A DNA stretch of 63,355 nt from Thraustochytrium aureum (lineage: Eukaryota). The translations under genes and the position numbers were made by a program. The notes beneath the pieces were generated by a model, which did not search any database, was not told the DNA's origin, and worked only from the letters and a program-made list of their open reading frames with translations. The DNA is taken from positions 1-63,355 of the forward strand of contig BLSG01000161.1 in NCBI GenBank assembly GCA_012862495.1, written 5' to 3'. Positions 22,001 to 31,153 of the stretch are shown here, in pieces. Within the stretch, counting starts at the first letter, position 1. Each line of letters starts with the position of its first letter.

Positions 22001-25000
22001 GACACGACGACGGGGCAGTGGCGCCAGGCAGCAAAGCTTCGCTCTGCTGACGGCGCTCCGTACGACCATTTTGGTTGGTCAGTTAGCTACGACAACTCGA
22101 CGGCCGCGTCGGGCGTTCAGACTGCCGTGGCCATTGTCGGCGCACCACATGCGTCGTACGAAGGCAATCTCGAGAAGCAAAGTATTCGGTGCCACGCTGA
22201 CAGCGGGGAGATGTTTTTGAGGTTCAGATCGCGCCTGAGCGGGCGCATCCGCTTTGACGCCACTGCGCCAGAACTGGAAGCAGCGCTCGAAGAGGCTGCC
22301 ACGATTATTGACGTCAACGTGGTGTACTACTTGGGCAGCCTCGACGATTCAAGCGTTTTGGACCCTTCCAGCGGGCACACGCTTTGCCAGCAGTCCACCG
22401 GCCCGCCGGAGGCGCAAATATACGCACTGGTCGAGTTTCTCTACCCCAACGCGGGCGACTTGCCCGCGCTCCTGGCTGAGGTCTCAGACCCGGACCTGCC
22501 GATGAGGCCCATCCTGTTTGATTCCACTGCCCCAGAAGGGCTGAACAGACACCGGTACGGCTCAGTCCAGGTCAACGAGGTCAAACGCGGAACATTCCTT
22601 GGCAAGACGACGGGGGAAGACGGCTACGACACCGGCGCCGCCTTTGTGTTTCTGCCAAACCCGACAATACCCGAGTCGCCTCTCGCGGGCTGGTTCCAAG
22701 ACGTCAAACTGCTGCCGAGCGACGGGCATGCTGGCGACGAGTTCGGCTACGCCGTGGCGGCGTTCTTGGACACCGTTGTTGTGAGCGCTCCCAACCACGA
22801 CTTTGACGCGACCGGAAAGAACCGCGTCGAAGCTGCCGGCGCGATCTACGTCTTCACGCGCGATGGAAATTTTGGTGGCCAGACAGGTGTCTGGGCTCAG
22901 TCCCAAAAGCTTACCGTGCCGGACCGCGAGGAGGGCGACATGCTGGGCATGTCGCTGTTTCTGCGGGAGAATACGCTCCTCGCCGCCGCTCCAGGCCGCA
23001 GCCAAGGCAAAGGGCGCGTGTACGTTTTCAAGCGCCGCGCAATCACGCTACGCTTCGTCTTCGATCAGGCATTGTCGGCGCCGGACGGCAAGCCCGGGGA
23101 CCGGTTCGGTAGCTCGCTTGCAACGTTCGGCAACACGCTGCTGATTGGAGCCGAGCTCGTCGACGGCCCTGATATCGCCAGCGCAGAGCCAATAACTCTC
23201 ATGGCAGGCAGCGAACACGCCTCGGGCCGCGCCAATCCGCGCTCGAATGCGGCTGGGCTTGTAAACTGTGGCGCGGTGTACTCGTTTACGCGGTCTTCCT
23301 ACGCCAATACGTTTTCGTTTCAGCAACGTATCTTGCCGCGCTCCCCGCGCTCGAATGCGCGATTCGGGCACGCAGTGGCGCTCGAGCGCGACATTATGAT
23401 TGCCGTCGAGCAAGAGGAGTTTCGCGGCCACCGCAACTCGCGCCGGCTCGTCTACGAAGTGCGGACGCACCTCGCCGCTGATGCACCTGAATCGTCTACA
23501 ATCGGGAACCTGTTTCGGCTGACTTGGCAGTCCAGGTCGCTATCAAGCCAGACTCGCGAGGTGGTCGAGGTGGCCAAAACGACCGCCAACCCGCTGACCG
23601 AAGCGTCGAAAACGCAGACTGGTGTCGAACAAGTTGTTTTCAGCGACAACTTTGCGCCGATCGCCACGGAATGGATGGAGGCCAATGCCTCCGCCGCAGA
23701 GGTGCAGTCCAGGATCGCTCGGGAGCTCAACGCGGGCGACATTATTGTGACGAGGACAGATGCCGACAAGAACAACGGGCATACTTGGACGATCACCTTT
23801 GTGGAACTCAGCTCCGATGGCGGCAAAGCGGGGACTATTGGCAAACTCGGCGCCGAAAGCATGCTCTCTGGGGGCGGGCTGGTCAACGTCACTCTGGTGC
23901 GCGATGCGCTGCCCTATGTACACGGCGAGGCGCACGTATTCTTGCGGGAGCCAAGCGCCGTGGGCACCTGGCACGAGCACGCAGTTTTGCGCCCCGAGAT
24001 GCAGCAGGACGGCGATCTATTTGGAAGCGCGGTCTCGATGCGCGGCCGATACGCCGTCGTCGGCGCCCCAAATCGCGACGGATTCGAGGCTGCGGGGGTC
24101 AATGCCGGCGCTGCCTACGTCTTTGACCCTGGCTTNNNNNNNNNNNNNNNNNNNNNNNNNNNNNNNNNNNNNNNNNNNNNNNNNNNNNNNNNNNNNNNNN
24201 NNNNNNNNNNNNNNNNNNNNNNNNNNNNNNNNNNNNNNNNNNATGAACATCAAGTTCGCCTCCCCGACTTACACGGTCTCCGAGGCGGCGGGCGTGGCCA
24301 CGATACCCATTTCTCGGTGCAAGCCCTCCTGCTTTATTGCCCGAGCGCCAACCCCCGGCCCGCTTCCGCTCAACTTTGGCCTGGATGAGTCGCTCAATGT
24401 GCAGTTTCTCACCGTCGACGGCACCGCGCGGGCTCGGAGCGACTGCAAGCTCGACAGCGTCGGCAGCTCGGAGTGTCTCTGGCTCGATGCAGACGACCAT
24501 GCGTGGGACAGCAGCCGCATTGTGCCAGAGCTTGTCGTCGACCTTCCGGCAACGATCCCGGGCTCGCTCTTGTACGGCAGGAGCATGGGGACTGCAAGCG
24601 TGGACAAGTCCACAACCTACTCGCTGCAGAGTACGGCGGCGTCCATGTACTCACGGTACGACTTTCGAGGCATCTCGGACTACGTGTGGCGGGGCGGCCA
24701 ACTAGAGTTCGACCCCAGCGTGCTCGACGTCAGCTTTGACGTTGTCGTAACGGACGACAACGTCGCGGAGGCGCCTGACGAGACGGTCAACCTTCTGCTG
24801 TTTGCCGCCGGGATGCGGCCGGTGCCGGGCGGGTATCTCTGGTCAGTTCTCACGATCGAAGACGACGGAGACGGAGGAGTTGGTCTTCAGACTTGTTACG
24901 AAAAGGCCTCGGCCCCGAGCCCGGTTTCAAAGGCGCGGTATGGCTCGGCGACGTCGATCGCTGGAGACATCGCCGTGGTCGGCGCCCCCCTAGAGCCGGG

Positions 25001-28000
25001 GTCAACCCCGAACAGCGCCGAATACGAATATGGTGCCGTTTACGTATACCGACGAAACTTGGCTGGGATTTGGTCGCTCGAGCAGCGCCTCGTTTCGCCG
25101 AACGGCGCGACGGGCGGCCGGTTCGGGCTATCCCTGCAGGTGCGCGACACCGGCCCGCATCGCCTGATCGTGGGCGCGCCGGGAGAGACCCCGCCTGCGG
25201 CGTACGTGTTTCTTCGGGTTGCCGATGACACGACCATGCCCGAACCAAGGAACGGCCCGGGGGAGTGGGAGCTCGAGACGACGCTCGCTTTGAGCCCCGA
25301 TATTGTCTTCGACCCGAGGTGCGACCCTGACAGAAGCGGGACGATGCGGCGGTGCCAGAACGCCCATCACCCGGTCAACAAGGACGCATTTTTTGCCGGG
25401 GAGAACGCTGTTGCGATCCACGACTCGTTCGCCGTCGTTGGGGCGAAAGGGCTGGAAGCGGCTTTTGTCTACAGGCTGAAGAGCCGCAACAACTGGTACT
25501 TTTTCCAAATGCTCAAGTCGTCAGCGTACGAGGACAGCCTGTACCCGGAAAACTCGGAGCACACCAAAGTGTATGTGAAGAGGCCGCTGTACGGAAGCAG
25601 CGTTGCCGTCTTTGGCAAGACCATCGTCGTCGGCGCAACGCTCGAGGAGAACGAGCGGTACCAAGACCCGGGCCGCAAGACAGACCAAGACATTGGCCTT
25701 ACGTGCGCCGAGTCTGGGTTTCGGACGACGGAAGTTGAGCCGCCGCTGTACGGGTGGTCGCTCAACGCCTACAAGAACGCGTACGAGTGGTCGCCGGCCA
25801 GCGAGGAGGTGCGCCAGCGCGTATTCCAGACCAACGGAGGGGACCCCTTCAGAAGCAACGTCACATGTGATGAGACGGACGCCTTCGTCCTCACAGTGCG
25901 AGCAAACGGGATTCCAGACCATGCCCTAGGGGCGTTCCCCTTGAATCAGGACACGCTCTTTTCGGGGCAGCCCGACAATCCGAACAGCGTGAGCGGGCAG
26001 TCTCATGTGTTTCGCATTCCACGCTTCCCGAACGTGACAAAGGTAAACCCAGTATCTGTGGTGAACGATCGGACGGCATTGCCCCAAGGACCGATCGGGG
26101 TGGCGCTGAACGGGGTGCCATTTTTGAATCCGTACAACGCGGATGGGGACGACACAACACAGGTCGATTCGGTTGGGTATAGTGGATCCCTTCCCGACCT
26201 TTGCAACGGTGTTGCCGCGGCGGTGCCTGGGGTGCAGCCGCAGCCGCCGCCGCAGCAACGAGACCGGATTATTGAAGCGGCGCGACTCGTGCGCAACGTG
26301 TACGGGTATCGCAGCAACCCGATTTGCCTGTACCCGCAACCCGTCGAGCTCAACACAAGCGCGCCGCAGTTGAACACGGGCAAGCTGCACCCATTTGTTT
26401 ATCCGCTCGAGTTGATTACCAACCCAGACCCCGGAAACCGTTCGCCGAAGCTAGGGTACGCTCTGGACGGATTTCCCATTTTCGGGCCGTTCGGGGAGGG
26501 TGGAGCGTTACCAGACGACCTGGACGCCTGCAACGGTCGGTTTGACACCGCCCTGGGCCAGTACGTGTACCACATCACGCCATGGCGAGCGCCATACCTG
26601 ATTGGCTGCCTGCGAGGCAGGCTTTCCGTTGAGGTTCCCGAGACCAGCAACCCGTTTCCTGAACACCTCCGAGAGTTTTCAAACAAGCCCCGCGACCTCG
26701 GGTTTTACGGGAGAGGTGCCGCGTATGTATACTTGCTCAAGGACCTCGGCGGGAACTCCTCTGCGCCGGCTTCGCTGCACGGCATGGACATCGGGCCCCA
26801 ACCTGATCCCTTTGCGAACGACGCGCCAGCGATTGACGCTTTCTTCGAGCACGAAAAGCTCATGTCGGAAGACGGGGAGGTCGGAGACAGGTTCGGCCAC
26901 GCCTTGGCGTTGGACAAGGACCAGCTGTTGGTGAGCGCCTACCGCGACATGGCAAGCCCGCGCACGACTTGGGACTTTGAGACGGGCGACTTGCGTGGTT
27001 GGACGCGCACGGGGACCGCCTTTGACAACCAGCCCACCTTTGGCGACAACACCGCCTGGCGCAATGTGTATGGCGACATCGAAGTGAGCACGTTTCGGGA
27101 GTTTGAGGGTCAGCAGTACCATGGGAGCTCGAATCGATACGGTCAGAAGCTCCATATTTTCGAGTTTGTGGACGGCTACCCGCGCACTGTGCAGTACGGG
27201 CCAGCAAGCACGCACGTGGATCACCCTGTAAACTTGATACTCGACCCTCACGAGTTGCGCGCTCCGATGTACGCGTTCAAGCCGGGCCGAGGGCAAACGA
27301 GTGGGCTCCGCGGCAAGTTTTGGGTCGGCACGTTCGAGGCCCGTCCAGCGACGTTCGACGTCGCGCAGCGCCGATTCGAGGCGGACAGCGAGGAAGGCGC
27401 GGTGCAGGGCGATGAGCCGCAAGGCACAATGACCTCGGATGTGTTTCCCATTTACGGAACCAAAATCACGTTCCGCGTTGGCGGCGGGTGTGACATCGAC
27501 AAGGAGTACGTAGAGNNNNNNNNNNNNNNNNNNNNNNNNNNNNNNNNNNNNNNNNNNNNNNNNNNNNNNNNNNNNNNNNNNNNNNNNNNNNNNNNNNNNN
27601 NNNNNNNNNNNNNNNNNNNNNNNNNNNNNNNNNNNNNNNNNNNNNNNNNNNNNNNNNNNNNNNNNNNNNNNNNNNNNNNNNNNNNNNNNNNNNNNNNNNN
27701 GCGACCCCGTCGACCGCTCCGGTTGCGTTTGGGAACAGCAGCAAAAGCTGCAGCCGAGCGACCGTCGCGCCAAAGAGATGTTTGGGTGGTCCCTCGACAT
27801 TGACGACGCCTCGGGGCTCGCAGTGGTGGGCGCTCTTGGCGGGCGGCTGGTGGACCAATACAACCACAATGACATGGGTGGCGAGACGCGCGTTGGGGCC
27901 TTGTACCTCTTCAAGCGCGAGCCCGAGCGGCGAACGGAGTTTGGAACGCTCCTTTCCAAACCTATGTGGTTGCCCACCGAGGTGCTCAAGCTCCAGCACG

Positions 28001-28788
28001 CCGACAAGGCAGAGGTTGGCCGAGCCGAGTTTTCCTATTCGGTCGGCGTGAGCGGCCACACAGTGGTTGCGGGCGCACCTGGCGCGCTGGCCCAGGCGCC
28101 GATCGGCAGTGGCACCGCCAAGAACGCGTACTACAACGAGGCCAGCCTTGAGGGCTTCCCGCAAGGCGGATCTGCGTACTTTATTGACGCGAACGTGTTG
28201 CATGTGCGGTTCAAGCAGGTCGAGTATGTTGTTCGCGAGAACCACCTGACGCTCCCAAGCCAGCACAATCGGATCCTAATTCAGGTGCAGCGCGATGGCA
28301 ACTTGGGGAGCACCTTGCATGTCGCATACCACACCAGTGACCTCACAGCAACAGGCGTGTCAGAGGCCAAGGCGGCCTACTGCCTCACTCTGCCGCACTC
28401 TGCGCGCGGTACAGCAGAGTGCGGCGACTATGTGCTTCAGTCAGGGATCCTCACCTTTGATCCAGAGGACGAGGAGGTCGAATTCGAGCTGCGCACCATG
28501 AACGACAACTGCAACGAGCATTACTCTGAGTTTGTGCGGCTGCAACTGTCCGTTCCTGGTGGGCCTCCGCTCATCGGTGAGCGCTACGCTGCTGTTTTGC
28601 GGATCGACGACGACGACATGGGCGAGCTCTCCAACCGCTTGTTTTGCCCAGAGCAGTCCAAGCCTGTATCCGACGACTTTCCGCACTACGCGGCGAATGA
28701 GGTTCCGGATACGGTCGGAACGCCATCGCGCGCAAATTACAATCCGTCTGAGCTCTGGAGGTGGATACTCTCGCAAAACATCGATTGA
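19011..28788 (+). CDS. Giant secreted multidomain protein (~3200 aa): N-terminal beta-sandwich repeats, FG-GAP repeats, EVQ-type repeats, Calx-beta x2, YHYH domain and a GH32-associated-type domain; one frameshift at ~21380 and two N-gaps
   Basis: ORFs 19011-21467, 21479-24388, 23760-27803 and 27778-28788 join into one coherent domain series. Signal-like MVGCSRAGLLALGLAINSYVADA. FG-GAP motifs: DHFGWSVS..IVGAP, DEFGYAVA..VVSAP, DLFGSAVS..VVGAP. Calx-beta: IKFASPTYTVSEAAG, VTDDNVAEAPDETVNL, VRFKQVEYVVREN. YHYH: ANGIPDH, GPIGVALNGVP, GYALDGFPIFGP, DLDACNG, YVYH. Confidence 0.8.
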
Positions 28789-29157
28789 TGGAAGCTTTCC
28801 GCCGACGTGCGAGGCTCTAGCTAGTAGATGAATACGAGCAAGGCCTTCATCCAAGACTTGCGCATCGCACCATTGGCGAGTCGTTTTCAATAAGATGAGG
28901 AAACAACCGATGCCCCTTTGTACGATCCGCTCTCGCATGCTACGGTCCATGGGACAATGGCCAGGATCGCCCATCCAAACCACCCCACGAAAACCGAGTT
29001 CCAAGCGCCGCGGCTGGACTCCATCTGCTTTCCTGAGTGGGCCCTCTCCACACTCGCCATGCCCCACAGCAGCATTCCGGCGGGCCGCCGTCCGGCTCAT
29101 CAGCGCGGCTCCCACCATCCATCGAGCGAGCCATCAGCAAATGCTCGAGACAGCTTT

Positions 29158-29267
29158 TCCAACGAGCTCCGACGATCTCCGACGATTTCCAACGATCTCC
29201 AACGAGCTCCAACGATCTCCGACGATCTCCAACGAGCTCCAACGAGCTCCAACGAGCTCCAACGAGC
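29158..29267. repeat. 10-bp minisatellite (ctccaacgag/ctccgacgat variants), about 11 units
   Basis: Direct inspection. Confidence 0.9.
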
Positions 29268-29416
29268 CATGTGACAACATCCAGCTCAATCAAACGAGCT
29301 TTGTTGAACAACACCCCAGCATCTCAAGCTCGACGCCCCTCGCAACCAACAAGGAGACCACCAGGAGACCGACCACCAACCCAACCCGACATCCATGACA
29401 CGGGCCCGAAAAGAAA

Positions 29417-29508
29417 CGCAGCAGCAGCAGACGCGCTTCGACGCAGGCCTCGAAGCAGACGCCCATTGACGCAGGCCTCGAAGCAGACGCCCATTGACGC
29501 AGGCCTCG

Positions 29509-29548
<40 letters not shown>

Positions 29549-29620
29549 GCCAGGACCAGCAGACGCCCATTGACGCAGGCCGCGCAGCAGCAGGAGCAGC
29601 AGGAGCAGCAGGAGCAGCAG
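29417..29620. repeat. Compound repeat: 28-bp unit (acgcaggcctcgaagcagacgcccattg, ~2.5 copies plus a partial copy), (CAG)n and (GCAGGAGCA)n
   Basis: Units start at 29441, 29469 and 29497, followed by a CAG run at about 29511-29546. Confidence 0.9.
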
Positions 29621-29908
29621 GTGATGGAAGGGCGTTGGGCGCCCGGGAAAGCTGGCCTGGTGGCCTTGGGGCCTGGTGGCCTTGAGCGGCGCGGCGGCGG
29701 TCGCGGCACGAANNNNNNNNNNNNNNNNNNNNNNNNNNNNNNNNNNNNNNNNNNNNNNNNNNNNNNNNNNNNNNNNNNNNNNNNNNNNNNNNNNNNNNNN
29801 NNNNNNNNNNNNNNNNNNNNNNNNNNNNNNNNNNNNNNNNNNNNNNNNNNNNNNNNNNNNNNNNNNNNNNNNNNNNNNNNNNNNNNNNNNNNNNNNNNNN
29901 NNNNNNNN

Positions 29909-30823
29909 GCCACGGCGGTGTGGTATGATGAGAATGTGCTGCATGGACGCGTCAGGCTGTATCAGGCGATGAAGGAGGCCGCGGAAGCGGGCAAGGACAT
30001 GCTGGAGGCGGTCATGGCAGTGTCCACGGCGGCGTGGACGCGCGAACAGGTTGAGCGCGCGTGGGAGGGGCGCGTTGGACGGGACAAGGTGCGGGATCAG
30101 GACCACATTTCGCTGCTCATCTACAGCAATCCGACCATTTACGGGAGACCCGAGTTCATGTCGGGTGAGAGCACTTTGGACCCGACTCCGGCCATGGCCG
30201 ACACAGCACGTGCTCTCGTGGACGCCGGCGCATCCTCGCTGTGCATGGTGTGCAGCACAGCGCACTACTTTAAGCGAGGCATGCTGGCGGGCGTAGACGT
30301 TCCTTTCCTCGACATGATCGAGCTGACCCTCGAGCATGTTGCGCGGTCTGTGGCGCCCGCACCAGGCTCGGCCGAAATTGTCGTCGGCCTGCTGGGCACG
30401 GAGCCCCTGCTCCGGTTCCGCGTCTACGAAGGCTCATGCGACGTGGTCGAGGCGCGGCTGGGGCCTGCAAGCCCAACGATTCGGCTGCTTACCCCGCTTA
30501 CAATTGCGGAGGGCAAGCAGGAGAATTTCAACGAGGCCATCTTTGGTCAGCACGGGATCAAGGCCGGGTACGACACGGACCTGTCCTGTCCGCACACATT
30601 CCGGAACTTTTCGCTTCTCCTGGACGAGCTCGTCAAGCTTGTCAGGGCAGGGGCGCGCGCCATCGTGCTCGGCTGCACCGAGCTCCCCCTCGTCATTTCC
30701 GACGCCTCAGTTGCGGCGCATGGGCCTGCAAACCTGGGGCCCGTGCTCCTGGTCAACCCTGCGCAGGTTCTGGCGGATGAGGTTATCCGGCGCTCGCTGG
30801 TTTCGCGCATCGCGGCCGTGTAG
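29909..30823 (+). CDS. Aspartate/glutamate racemase family protein (PLP-independent, RacX/YgeA-like); 5' end in the gap
   Basis: DQDHISLLIYSNPTI, LVDAGASSLCMVCSTAHYF, VPFLDMI, VGLLGT, IVLGCTELPL, LVNPAQVLA. Both catalytic-type cysteines are present (CSTAH and GCTE). Confidence 0.88.
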   Translation, partial: ATAVWYDENVLHGRVRLYQAMKEAAEAGKDMLEAVMAVSTAAWTREQVERAWEGRVGRDKVRDQDHISLLIYSNPTIYGRPEFMSGESTLDPTPAMADTARALVDAGASSLCMVCSTAHYFKRGMLAGVDVPFLDMIELTLEHVARSVAPAPGSAEIVVGLLGTEPLLRFRVYEGSCDVVEARLGPASPTIRLLTPLTIAEGKQENFNEAIFGQHGIKAGYDTDLSCPHTFRNFSLLLDELVKLVRAGARAIVLGCTELPLVISDASVAAHGPANLGPVLLVNPAQVLADEVIRRSLVSRIAAV

Positions 30824-30844
30824 TGGCGAAGGCCACCCAGGGCT

Positions 30845-31054
30845 TTCGCAACGAGACGAGTTGCAGCTGGCTGGACGAGGCGGGCTTGCTGCAACGCTCT
30901 CGCCAAAGGCGAGCCTTCGCAACCAGACGAGTTGCGGCTGGCTGGACGAGGCGGGCTTGCTGCAACGCTCTCGCCAAAGGCGAGCCTTCGCAACCAGACG
31001 AGTTGCACCTGGCTGGACGAGGGGGCTTGCTGCAACGCACTCGCCAAAGGCGAG
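30845..31054. repeat. 71-bp tandem repeat, 3 copies, each with two inverted repeats
   Basis: The unit ttcgcaaccagacgagttgcagctggctggacgaggcgggcttgctgcaacgctctcgccaaaggcgagcc starts at 30845, 30916 and 30987. Confidence 0.95.
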
Positions 31055-31153
31055 ACAGACCACAAGGCGTGGGCGAATGACGATCACTTTGTATTCCTGC
31101 CGCAACAGGCGCGCAAGCTATTCTTTTTCAGTTGGTTGGTCACAGGAAGGAAT

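Noticed and set aside
30845..31054. Hammerhead ribozyme reading of the 71-bp repeat (ctggacgag)
   Set aside because: It lacks the exact CUGANGA core and the GAAAC element.
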